Positions 1-8,715 of a DNA stretch of 64,000 nucleotides are shown one piece after another (position 1 is the first letter of the stretch; the number at the start of each line of letters is the position of its first letter). Origin of the DNA: Desulfobacteraceae bacterium (GTDB lineage: Bacteria > Desulfobacterota > Desulfobacteria > Desulfobacterales > Desulfobacteraceae); contig CAXXNM010000003.1 in the NCBI GenBank assembly GCA_963674675.2, positions 2,044,133 through 2,108,132 of the forward strand, given 5' to 3'. The notes below the pieces were generated by a model that made no database searches, was not told where the DNA came from, and worked only from the letters and a program-made list of their open reading frames with translations. The position numbers and the translations under genes were made by a program.

Positions 1-578
1 CAACAAGAATGAATGAATTAGGCAAGGCAGCACTGGCCATAGGAAAGGTCACCGAGGCCATAAATGAAATTTCAGAACAGACAAACCTGCTTTCCCTTAA
101 CGCGACAATTGAGGCTGCAAGGGCAGGAGAGGCAGGCAAAGGATTTGCCGTTGTTGCCAATGAAATAAAGGAACTATCGCTTCAAACGGCAAAGGCAACT
201 CTTGATATAAAAAACCGCATCGATGAAATGCAGAACACCACTACCTTGAGCATAAAGGAAATCGATGAAATATCAGGAGTCATCAACAACGTCAATGAAA
301 TAGTATCCACCATTGCCGCGGCTGTGGAAGAGCAATCCGCGGCAACCAATGAAATTGCGGAAAACATAAATCAGGCATCCCAGGGTATCCAGGAGGTCAA
401 TGAAAATATCAACCAGAATGCATCTACCGCCCAGGAGATAACTCAAAATATCACCCAGGTTCATGGAGATATAACCGAAATATCCAATGGCAGTTCCCAG
501 ATTAAAATCAATGCGGAAACCCTGAAGGAAATGGCCCAGCAACTCAATGCCATTGTAGGTAAATTCAAGGTGGATTAA
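1..578 (+). CDS. methyl-accepting chemotaxis protein, C-terminal signalling domain (5' partial, continues upstream of window)
   Basis: MCP hairpin-tip motif '[35 protein letters not shown]'. Q/E/A-rich heptad helices. Frame is open to the window edge. Confidence 0.9.
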   Translation, partial: TRMNELGKAALAIGKVTEAINEISEQTNLLSLNATIEAARAGEAGKGFAVVANEIKELSLQTAKATLDIKNRIDEMQNTTTLSIKEIDEISGVINNVNEIVSTIAAAVEEQSAATNEIAENINQASQGIQEVNENINQNASTAQEITQNITQVHGDITEISNGSSQIKINAETLKEMAQQLNAIVGKFKVD

Positions 579-605
579 GTCAAATTTCTAAAACAATGAG
601 ATGCC

Positions 606-832
606 GGTATCCTTTATTTTTTAACTTTACACTTTTTCTATGAACTTCGGCACTGGGCTCGCACTATTCCAGCATACAACCCATTGTATTTCGAGAGTGT
701 TAAAAATCACAATATATTGTGGTTTTTTGACACGTTGGAACGGTGTGAGCCCAGTACCATGTGAACTTCCTATTGTTTCGGAATTATCATCCATAAACTA
801 CTTTTGAAGCAAATAAAGAATAGTGAGATGCC
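606..832. repeat. MITE-C family copy carrying a nested MITE-B insertion
   Basis: Left half 'ggtatcctttat..tttacacttttt' at 606-640. Right half 'aaactacttttgaag..gagatgcc' at 795-832. Both match the halves of the other MITE-C copies. MITE-B (649-758) lies between them. Confidence 0.6.
649..758. repeat. MITE-B family copy (IS1-related termini)
   Basis: 'ggcactgggctcgcactattccagcatacaaccc ... caatatattg ... ggtgtgagcccagtacc'. About 110 bp, nearly identical to 2988-3097 and 56736-56845. Confidence 0.85.
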
Positions 833-849
833 TTGGAAACAAGGCATCT
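826..849 (-). terminator. 10-bp stem / GAAA-loop hairpin downstream of the 872..1087 gene
   Basis: 'agatgccttg gaaa caaggcatct'. On the minus strand it is followed by the T-rich 'cactattctttattt'. Built from abutting MITE-C end sequences. Confidence 0.5.
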
Positions 850-871
850 TACGGCAAACTTATCTTGGAGG

Positions 872-1087
872 CTAATCCACAACAAATGGCTCTTCCCTTA
901 AAATAAGTTTGAATATAACAGGAGAAAATCTGCCATTTTCCTTTATTTTCTCCAGGTGATTTTTCACATCTTCAAGTTTTTCAATGGGAAACACAGATGC
1001 CTTGTCAAGGCCGCACAGAATATATCCCCCCTCTTTAATCCGTATATATTTTGAATCACTTTTAATAATTAAAAGCTCAGTTTCCAT
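872..1087 (-). CDS. small hypothetical protein (71 aa)
   Basis: Clean ORF followed by a terminator-like hairpin. No motif recognised. Confidence 0.45.
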   Translation of the reverse strand: METELLIIKSDSKYIRIKEGGYILCGLDKASVFPIEKLEDVKNHLEKIKENGRFSPVIFKLILREEPFVVD

Positions 1088-1246
1088 CTAAAATAATCTT
1101 CCCTTAATTGATAAACCAATGAGTCTCAACTTCTTATTTTCCAGACAGCATGATATGTAGCGGTAATTCAGAGAACTTTATGACAAGATAGTTATAAAGG
1201 GGATAAATTTTAAAACTATCCTCCTTCATCAAGCCTAATACAATAC

Positions 1247-2341
1247 CTACACCAGCCTTTCAAGCTTTTTAAGCCCCTTTTCAGGGCTCCTGTTCTGGGA
1301 TTCAACCCAGTTTTTCAGAGCATCAAGGGGGGCGCTGCTGCTTACTATGGCCGCGGCCTTTAAAATACCGTCTTTTATACTCTTGGATTTTTCTGCAACA
1401 TAAAAGATAATTCCAGCGTTCAAAATCACCGCGTCCAGTCTGGCCCCGTTTTCTTTTCCCTGGATAAGCGACACAAACCTTTCCGGCTCCCTTTCAATAT
1501 TTTCATCGGGAGAAAGCTCCACGGGATCATGGACGTCCATTCCAAACTCCCGGGGTGAAAACCGGTATTGTTCAATATCACCATTATCGCATAATTCCGC
1601 ACACCAGGTGGTGCCGCAGACAGATGCCTCATCCATTCCTTTATCTGAACCTTCAATGCCGCCGTGGAGAACCAGGGCCCTCTTAAAGCCTATGGCCTTC
1701 ATGACGTTTACCACAGGAAAAATCATATCCTTAGAGTAAACACCCCGAACCGCGTGCCTGGGCATGGCCGGGTTAGCAAGGGAGGCGGCAATGTTCAAAG
1801 TCGATCCAAAATTAATCTGGGAAAGTATCCTTCCCAGAGCACGGGGATGTATCTCAGGACTCATTCCATTGAAAAGCCCGATACCCGATGTCTCAATACT
1901 GGCAGCAACAAGCTCGGCGCTGCATTCGACATCCACCCCCAGGGCCTCTGCCATGTCAACTGTGCCGCACCGGGAGGTGATTGCCCTTGCTCCATGTCTT
2001 GCCATCTTGATACCGGCAGATGATGATAGAAGGGAAGCTGCAGTGCTGATGTTAAATGTCTTAAATGTGTCCATTCCTGTTCCACAGTTCTCGACAACAG
2101 GGGCAGCTCCCTTAAGCCTGACCTTTGTGGTATCCAGCTCATAAATGGCTTCCCATGCGCCTGCCACCTCATCTGCTGTCTCACCCTTTGATGTAAGGGC
2201 GGCAAGGAATGCTCCCTGCTGCATATCCGTAACCTCATTGTTTAAAATTTTTATAAATGAATCACGGGATTCCTCCCGTGTCAGTTGGTTTTTCTGAATA
2301 AGGCGGGTGATAACAGCCCCGAATTCCCTGTTTTTTTCCAT
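1247..2341 (-). CDS. anthranilate phosphoribosyltransferase-family (glycosyl transferase family 3) protein, divergent paralogue
   Basis: 'QQGAFLAALTSKGETADEVAG' and 'GTGMDTFKTFNISTAA' (canonical TrpD has GTGGD..TFNISTA). RBS 'aaggagag' lies upstream of the ATG at 2341. Confidence 0.75.
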   Translation of the reverse strand: MEKNREFGAVITRLIQKNQLTREESRDSFIKILNNEVTDMQQGAFLAALTSKGETADEVAGAWEAIYELDTTKVRLKGAAPVVENCGTGMDTFKTFNISTAASLLSSSAGIKMARHGARAITSRCGTVDMAEALGVDVECSAELVAASIETSGIGLFNGMSPEIHPRALGRILSQINFGSTLNIAASLANPAMPRHAVRGVYSKDMIFPVVNVMKAIGFKRALVLHGGIEGSDKGMDEASVCGTTWCAELCDNGDIEQYRFSPREFGMDVHDPVELSPDENIEREPERFVSLIQGKENGARLDAVILNAGIIFYVAEKSKSIKDGILKAAAIVSSSAPLDALKNWVESQNRSPEKGLKKLERLV

Positions 2342-2396
2342 CCTGCTACAACTCTCCTTTTAAATTTGTGAGCCTACTCTATATTTAAATCCTGGG

Positions 2397-2924
2397 TTAA
2401 ACTCTTGATCGATTTGAGTAAAAAATAGTTAACAATGTTTTTGATACCTCTGCAGGGGACAGGCCTGTGGTATCTAATTGATAAAATTGGTCATACCCAT
2501 CTTTCCTTTCCTTGAGGAGTTCAAGTACCCGCTTCTTTGGATTTTCCGTTTTTAAAAGCGGCCGGTCAATCTCATGATCACGGCTAACCCGGTGCATGAT
2601 TTCATCAGGATCTGCCACCAGGCAGAATATCCGACCATTTTTCTCCAAAGCATCTTTATTGGCTGCATCCAGCATCATCCGGCCTCCGGTGGAGATGACA
2701 AGCCCATCTTTTTGCCCCAGTTCCAAAGCAAGCTCCCTTTCCATTGCCCGAAAAGCATCCTCACCTTCTGTCTCAAAAATTTCTGTAACACTCATATTAC
2801 ATTGAGACATAATCCAGTCATCAGTATCGACAAATTTATAACCAAGTTTTTCGGCAAGAATCTTGCCTATTGTGGTTTTACCTGTGCCCATGAATCCAGT
2901 AAGAACAATATTACAATTATGCAT
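2397..2924 (-). CDS. aroK: shikimate kinase
   Basis: P-loop 'LTGFMGTGKTTIGKILA' followed by 'FVDTDDWI' and 'ISTGGR'. The internal ATG at 2924, just before the P-loop, is preferred over the ORF-track start at 2966. Confidence 0.9.
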   Translation of the reverse strand: MHNCNIVLTGFMGTGKTTIGKILAEKLGYKFVDTDDWIMSQCNMSVTEIFETEGEDAFRAMERELALELGQKDGLVISTGGRMMLDAANKDALEKNGRIFCLVADPDEIMHRVSRDHEIDRPLLKTENPKKRVLELLKERKDGYDQFYQLDTTGLSPAEVSKTLLTIFYSNRSRV

Positions 2925-2987
2925 TTTCAAACCTTTTTTATATAAAACTGTAGGATCAGAATCCATTTCTGCTCATTGATATATGCA

Positions 2988-3097
2988 GGTAATGGGCTCA
3001 CACCGTTCCAAAGTATCAAAAAGCCACAATATATTGTAGTTTTTAATTTTCTTAAAACACAACGGGTTGTATGCTGGAATAGTGCGAGCCCGGTGCC
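2988..3097. repeat. MITE-B family copy (inverted relative to 649-758)
   Basis: 'ggtaatgggctcacaccgttccaa ... caatatattg ... gggttgtatgctggaatagtgcgagcccggtgcc'. Confidence 0.85.
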
Positions 3098-3116
3098 GGG
3101 ATGGCCAAGGCCTGGG

Positions 3117-3833
3117 TTATTTTACATTGAATCGTTCCGATTCGATATACATGATATCTTCAACATCAAGCGCGTGCAGGATGTCCTTGTACATCCGATG
3201 ACGCATCTCTTTGATGTATACTCTTTTCTTATTCAGGTTTTTGGCAAACAGCAGGACGTTTTCCAGCAATTGGTCATTGTGCCAGGCTTCCTTGACAATG
3301 TGATGCTCAACACACTGCTCCGCGGTCAGGCGTATGCCGGTGTAAACCATTTCTTCCATCACATGATTCGGAATGGCTTTTCTAAGCAACTTGATCATTC
3401 CAGGTAAAAATGGAATACCCAGATCAGCTTCCGGGAGGCAGAAAAAGCCCCGATCCGATCGCATGAACCGGAAATCAAACGCACAAGACCAAATCGCCCC
3501 GCCAGCAAAGGCATGACCGTTCATAGCCGCAATCGTGACCAAAGGATAAGTCAGGGTTTTGCGAAACAGTTTGTTTAGCAGATAGAAAAACGATTTGGAA
3601 ACGTCCACATCCTTGTTCTGGATAAAAGGCAAGAGCCAATCCAGGTCGATTCCGTTTGAAAAAATTTTTTCATGGCCTGATGTCACCACCAGGGTCAATG
3701 CATCGGTCTTGTTTTCGATCCGGTTCAATACATCCATATACTCATTAATAAAATCCGGATTGAAGCGATTTTCACCGTTGTTTAAGGTAACCACCGCAAC
3801 ACGGCCTTCCAGTCGATATTCCACTTTTGACAT
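3117..3833 (-). CDS. enoyl-CoA hydratase/isomerase (crotonase) family protein
   Basis: 'GENRFNP', 'MNGHAFAGGAIWSCAFDFRFM' and 'FFCLPEADLGIPF'. 'ggaggag' RBS upstream of the ATG at 3833. Confidence 0.8.
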   Translation of the reverse strand: MSKVEYRLEGRVAVVTLNNGENRFNPDFINEYMDVLNRIENKTDALTLVVTSGHEKIFSNGIDLDWLLPFIQNKDVDVSKSFFYLLNKLFRKTLTYPLVTIAAMNGHAFAGGAIWSCAFDFRFMRSDRGFFCLPEADLGIPFLPGMIKLLRKAIPNHVMEEMVYTGIRLTAEQCVEHHIVKEAWHNDQLLENVLLFAKNLNKKRVYIKEMRHRMYKDILHALDVEDIMYIESERFNVK

Positions 3834-3974
3834 AATCTCCTCCATATTTCAATAATTATTACAACCATCAAGGTGATAGGTGGTGATAAGAATTCGCTTT
3901 TCAGGCTATCCTAAAAAATGGGCCTTTCAGATCCAACAGCCATGTTTATTATATTAAAATATCCATAATTATAT

Positions 3975-4100
3975 CCAACGGTTCGATCATTTTTGCATAA
4001 ATTATTGAATTTATTCATAGAAAAAGACTGACATCTAAAAAGTCAGGGTTATATTTCACTTAGATTACAGCACCTTATGAGATCAATCGAACCGAGGGTT
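3975..4100. repeat. MITE-A family copy
   Basis: Terminal inverted repeats 'ccaacggttcgatcat' and 'atgagatcaatcgaaccgagggtt'. About 125 bp. Same as 38772-38897 and inverted at 36819-36943. Confidence 0.85.
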
Positions 4101-4312
4101 ATCTTGCATAGTTTTTCAAATTACAAAACAAACATCTTGATTTAACACTGATGATAGTTAATTCACAGGAACAGTCAAGCTTTTTAGGTTGGAGCATATA
4201 CTTGTTTCAAAATGGATTTAAAAATTTACTTCACATTATTTTATATTCATGGAAATATATTCTTAAACCTGTTAAAGTTTAACCATAGATCAAACAGCCT
4301 GCCGGAGGAAAA

Positions 4313-4750
4313 ATGAAAAAAATATTAGTACTCCACGGAATTAACCTGAACATGTTTGGAAAACGGGACCCTGCCCAGTACGGGCACCTTACCTTAAAAG
4401 AAATTGACAAAAAAATAATCGAACTTGCAAAGGAACTGGATGTATCCGTGGAATGCTTTCAAACCAACCATGAAGGCGAAATGGTTGAAAAAATTCACCA
4501 GGCCCACACGGACGGCATTGATGCAGTGGTGATAAATGCAGGAGCCTGGACCCACTACAGCTACGGCATCATGGACGCACTGGCTGTCCTGAATGCCCCC
4601 ATTGTGGAAGTTCACATGTCCCATGTCCACGCGCGGGAAAAATTCAGACATTTTTCAGTAATAGCTCCCCTCGCAAAGGGACAGATCACAGGCTTTGGTG
4701 TCAACAGCTATCTTCTGGGCTTAAGAGCTGCCCGGGAACTAATTCTTTGA
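4313..4750 (+). CDS. aroQ: type II 3-dehydroquinate dehydratase
   Basis: 'ILVLHGINLNMFGKRDPAQYG', 'FQTNHEGEMVEKIH', 'INAGAWTHYS' and 'VEVHMSHVHAREKFR'. Confidence 0.92.
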   Translation: MKKILVLHGINLNMFGKRDPAQYGHLTLKEIDKKIIELAKELDVSVECFQTNHEGEMVEKIHQAHTDGIDAVVINAGAWTHYSYGIMDALAVLNAPIVEVHMSHVHAREKFRHFSVIAPLAKGQITGFGVNSYLLGLRAARELIL

Positions 4751-5003
4751 TCCTAATAATTAATTTTTTTTAAATTAAACCTCTTATTACTGCTTTAGGT
4801 TCCATATTTCATCCTGAATTTCATTAATATTCATAATGAAAATCTGGAAACATGGAACGACTTACTCTTATTTTTAGAATATAATGGCCCAATTAATAAA
4901 GTAGAATTATGCTCAACCTGAGCATAATACAATTACGAGTATAAATCTGTAAATGCAAAACGCCAGTAATTGAATTAATATTTTTTAAATGGGAGGTTAT
5001 TGA

Positions 5004-7772
5004 ATGAAAAAAATGAGTTTAGCCGCAAAACTGATTATCGTATTTCTCTTAGTGGGTCTAATTCCATTTGGTATCATTGGTACCATATCCTTCATGAAGT
5101 CAAGCACAGCTCTTTCTAAATCTGCATATGGGCAGCTAAGAAGCATGCGGGCTGTGAAAAAAATTCAGATGACCCAGTTTTTTGATGAGCGTAAAGGTGA
5201 CATAGGAGTCTTGGTGGAAACCGTAGGTACCTTGAGAAAGGAAGCATTTAACAAACTTGACGCTATCCAGCAGTTAAAAATAACCGCTATCGAATCCTAT
5301 TTCCATGACATGTTCATGAAGATGGGGATTTTTGCGGGAAGTAAGGATGTAAGGGAAATCTATGACAGGCTTGTGATCTACCACGATGACATGAACACCT
5401 CGCCTACCGGAAACTATGATGTAACAACCCAGGAATACCAGCAGATATGGAATACCATGGGGGCGTCCATAAAGGATTTTCATGAAAAAAGCGGAGTTTA
5501 TGATGTATTCCTTATATGCGCGAAACATGGCCATGTTATGTACACCGCTGCAAGGGAAAAGGATCTTGGGGAAAACGTCGGCTATGGAAAATATAAAGAT
5601 TCAGGTCTTGGAAAGATATGGTCCAAGGTGGTAAATTCCGGTGAACCATCCATAGTTGACATGGCTCCCTATGCTCCAAGCAACGGTGATCCTGCTCTTT
5701 TTGCAGGTTATCCCATAAAGGATGAATCAGGAACCATCATCGGTGTTATTGCGTTTCAAATGCCCCTTGACCAGATCAACCAGGTCATGACCACACGCCA
5801 CGGCATGGGTGAAACAGGGGAGTCCTACCTCGTTGGGCAGGATAAGCTGATGCGCTCGGACTCATTTTTAGATCCCAAAAACCATACTGTAAAGGCAAGC
5901 TTTGCAAACCCGGATAAGGGAAGTGTGGACACGGCGTCATCTCGAAGTGCCCTGGCAGGCAAAGAAGGTAATCATGTAGCAAGAGACTATAATGGAAACT
6001 ATGTGCTTTCATGCTATAATCCCATAAAGATAATGGATATGAACTGGGCGGTTATAACGGAAATGGATGTTGCAGAGGCCTTCTGCCCAAAAGATGACAA
6101 CGGAGAATATTTCTTTAAAAAATATACCGAACTCTACGGATATCATGATCTCTTTCTTATAAATCCCGATGGGTATTGTTTTTATACGGTGGCCAAAGAG
6201 GCTGATTATCAGACCAATCTCGTGAACGGGAAATATTCAGATTCCGGGCTCGGCAAACTCGTCAAGAAGGTAATAAGCACAAAAAGCTATGATATTGCGG
6301 ATTTTTCACCCTATGCCCCAAGCAATGGTGAACCCTGCGGATTTATTGCCCAGCCTGTTACCCATGAAGGAAAGACCGAGATTGTGGTTGGTCTTCAGCT
6401 CTCCCTTAATTCCATTAACAAGATCATGCAGCAGCGGGAAGGTATGGGGAAAAGCGGTGAAACCTACCTTGTGGGTTCCGACAAGCTCATGAGATCCGAT
6501 TCTTTTCTTGATCCGAAAAATCATTCCGTTAAAGCATCCTTTGCCAATCCATCCACAGGAAAGGTTGATACCGAAGCTTCAAGGCTTGCACTTTCCGGCA
6601 GAGAAGAAGAAAAAATAATAATGGACTATAACGGCAACCCGGTCTTGTCTGCTTTCACCCCTTTAAAGGTGGGAGATACCACATGGGCATTAATAGCTGA
6701 AATTGATGAATCAGAAGCTTTTGCGGCAGTAAACGCAATAAAATGGCTTATAGCAATAATTTCCATTGTCAGCGTCGTGGCAATCATTGTGGTTGCATGG
6801 CTTATCACACGCTCCATAACCAAACCCATTAATACAATTACCCACGGCATGAGTGATGGCGCAAATCAGGTGGCAGCAGCCTCAGCCCAGGTTTCTTCCT
6901 CAAGCCAGTCTCTGGCTGAAGGTGCCTCTGAACAGGCTGCATCCATAGAGGAGACCTCATCATCAATGGAAGAGATGTCTTCCATGACCAAGAAAAATGC
7001 TGAAAATGCCGGACATGCCGACAGCTTGATGAAAGAGGCTAACAGGGTGGTAAAAAATGCCAATGAATCAATGGAGAGGCTTATCCTTTCCATGAAAGAT
7101 ATTTCAAAGGCCAGTGAAGAAACATCTAAAATCATAAAAACCATTGATGAAATTGCCTTTCAGACAAATCTTCTGGCACTGAATGCCGCTGTTGAGGCAG
7201 CAAGGGCAGGAGAGGCTGGAGCCGGCTTTGCAGTGGTGGCGGACGAGGTTAGAAACCTTGCCATGAGAGCGGCAGATGCTGCAAAAAATACAGCTGAACT
7301 GATTGAAGGCACTGTAAAAAAAGTTAATGATGGATCAGAGCTTGTCTCAACCACCAATGAAGCCTTTGCCAAAGTAGCTGAAAGCGCGGGTAAGGTTGGA
7401 GAGCTTGTTGCTGAAATATCAGAAGCATCCAATGATCAGTCCAATGGGATTGAGCAGGTAAACATTGCGGTGGCTGAGATGGACAAGGTTGTACAGCAAA
7501 ATGCTGCCAATGCTGAAGAATCTGCTTCAGCATCGGAAGAGATGAATGCCCAGGCTGAACAGCTCAAGGAATATGTCCGGGAGCTTGTGGGCCTTGTTAC
7601 CGGAAACAGGCAAGGAGACGCAAGAGCACGGGGAGCCGCACCAAAAAAGATGAAAACCCATCGCAAACAGCTTTCATCACCAAAAAAGAAAAAGATAATG
7701 CCTCAAACAAAAGAAATCAGGCCGGAACAGGTTATACCCCTTGATGATGACGGCGATTTTCAGGACTTTTAA
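5004..7772 (+). CDS. methyl-accepting chemotaxis protein with two tandem Cache-like periplasmic modules
   Basis: N-terminal TM segment. Two homologous about 210-aa modules. Second TM, HAMP-like region, and tip motif '[35 protein letters not shown]'. RBS 'gggagg'. Confidence 0.92.
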   Translation: MKKMSLAAKLIIVFLLVGLIPFGIIGTISFMKSSTALSKSAYGQLRSMRAVKKIQMTQFFDERKGDIGVLVETVGTLRKEAFNKLDAIQQLKITAIESYFHDMFMKMGIFAGSKDVREIYDRLVIYHDDMNTSPTGNYDVTTQEYQQIWNTMGASIKDFHEKSGVYDVFLICAKHGHVMYTAAREKDLGENVGYGKYKDSGLGKIWSKVVNSGEPSIVDMAPYAPSNGDPALFAGYPIKDESGTIIGVIAFQMPLDQINQVMTTRHGMGETGESYLVGQDKLMRSDSFLDPKNHTVKASFANPDKGSVDTASSRSALAGKEGNHVARDYNGNYVLSCYNPIKIMDMNWAVITEMDVAEAFCPKDDNGEYFFKKYTELYGYHDLFLINPDGYCFYTVAKEADYQTNLVNGKYSDSGLGKLVKKVISTKSYDIADFSPYAPSNGEPCGFIAQPVTHEGKTEIVVGLQLSLNSINKIMQQREGMGKSGETYLVGSDKLMRSDSFLDPKNHSVKASFANPSTGKVDTEASRLALSGREEEKIIMDYNGNPVLSAFTPLKVGDTTWALIAEIDESEAFAAVNAIKWLIAIISIVSVVAIIVVAWLITRSITKPINTITHGMSDGANQVAAASAQVSSSSQSLAEGASEQAASIEETSSSMEEMSSMTKKNAENAGHADSLMKEANRVVKNANESMERLILSMKDISKASEETSKIIKTIDEIAFQTNLLALNAAVEAARAGEAGAGFAVVADEVRNLAMRAADAAKNTAELIEGTVKKVNDGSELVSTTNEAFAKVAESAGKVGELVAEISEASNDQSNGIEQVNIAVAEMDKVVQQNAANAEESASASEEMNAQAEQLKEYVRELVGLVTGNRQGDARARGAAPKKMKTHRKQLSSPKKKKIMPQTKEIRPEQVIPLDDDGDFQDF

Positions 7773-7858
7773 TTTAAAAAAACATATTTATGAAACATAA
7801 TTGAATCACTTTTGTTCGACCGGGGTGATACACATTCATCCCGGCATTGCCTTTTCTT

Positions 7859-7950
7859 GGTACTGGGCTTACACCGTTCTAAAGAGTCAAAAAATAACAA
7901 TATGTTGTGTTTTTTAATACTTTTGAACCACAATGGGTTGTATGTTGAAA
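7859..7950. repeat. MITE-B family copy, degenerate at one end
   Basis: 'ggtactgggcttacaccgttctaaag ... caatatgttg ... gggttgtatgttgaaaa'. The terminal 'gtgcgagccc' is missing. Confidence 0.7.
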
Positions 7951-8076
7951 AACTGTTTATCATTCCTTTAAAAAAAACGGCACAGCTTTTGCTTCTAAAA
8001 CAGGATGAAACACTTTAGAACCGGATCAATCCAAAAAACAAAAAAGTATCATCAATTACAACCAAAAGGGGATAAA

Positions 8077-8520
8077 ATGAAAAAAGTATTAATTGCCTAT
8101 GTAAGTAGAACCGGAACCACTGAAAAAATGGCTAATTATATTGCTGAAGGTATTCGTATGGGAGGCCATGAAGTTGAGTTAATGAAAACCTCCTCTATTA
8201 AAAATGAAAAAGCTTTATCTGGTTTTGATGGATTTGTTTTTGGATGTCCCACCTATCATAAGGACATGACCTCAGGCATGAAACAATTTCTCTTTCTGGC
8301 GGAAAGGGCCAATCTCACAGGAAAAATAGGTGGCGCTTTTGGTTCCCATACTCACAGCGGTGAGTCTGCTCCCATGATATTTGATACCATGCAGTATGTA
8401 TTTAAAATGGATACACTGGATTTAGGCCCCCTGAACCTGACTGAAGGAATTATGAAAACCGATGAAGGTACTTTGGCTTGCCAGCAGTATGGAAAGGCCA
8501 TGGCTGAAAAATTAAAATAA
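8077..8520 (+). CDS. flavodoxin-like protein
   Basis: 'MKKVLIAYVSRTGTTEKMA' (FMN phosphate loop S/T-x-T-G-x-T) and 'FVFGCPTY'. RBS 'aaagggga' upstream of the ATG at 8077. The ORF-track start at 8005 is unlikely. Confidence 0.8.
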   Translation: MKKVLIAYVSRTGTTEKMANYIAEGIRMGGHEVELMKTSSIKNEKALSGFDGFVFGCPTYHKDMTSGMKQFLFLAERANLTGKIGGAFGSHTHSGESAPMIFDTMQYVFKMDTLDLGPLNLTEGIMKTDEGTLACQQYGKAMAEKLK

Positions 8521-8587
8521 CATTCATATGATGCGCTGTGGGCTGGTGCCATGCCTTCCCATGATAGTTATAAAGACTGCGTAAAAG

Positions 8588-8619
8588 CCCCTATCCCTTA
8601 AAGATAGGGGTATTTTATT
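8588..8619 (+). terminator. rho-independent terminator after the flavodoxin gene
   Basis: 'cccctatc ccttaaa gatagggg' followed by 'tattttatt'. Confidence 0.75.
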
Positions 8620-8715
8620 GGAAAGTCCGCCTTATTTCAGGACTTTCATAAAGATAAGAAAATAATGAATCACATTATTGTTGACACTAAATTTTTTATG
8701 AAAAAGCACTAATAT

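Noticed and set aside
2976-3407. 143-aa plus-strand ORF; similarly 56649..56960 and 7812..8018.
   Set aside because: Each starts in or runs through a MITE-B copy ('GLTPFQ..KPQYIV.FN' is translated repeat sequence). Each then continues antisense to a real gene or into other repeat DNA. The same peptide recurring at each repeat copy shows it is an artefact.
3975-4100. tRNA or tRNA fragment suggested by 'GGTTCGATC/GGTTCGATT' in MITE-A ends.
   Set aside because: No acceptor stem, anticodon arm or D-arm can be drawn around it. The motif occurs as an inverted pair at both ends of a repeat.
6866-7666. Several 70-92-aa ORFs antisense to, or out of frame within, the MCP signalling domain (6866..7144, 7160..7432, 7324..7533, 7436..7666).
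   Set aside because: They lie entirely inside a well-supported MCP gene. Their Ala/Ser-rich composition is the mirror image of the GCN/GAA-rich receptor coding frame. They are typical shadow ORFs.
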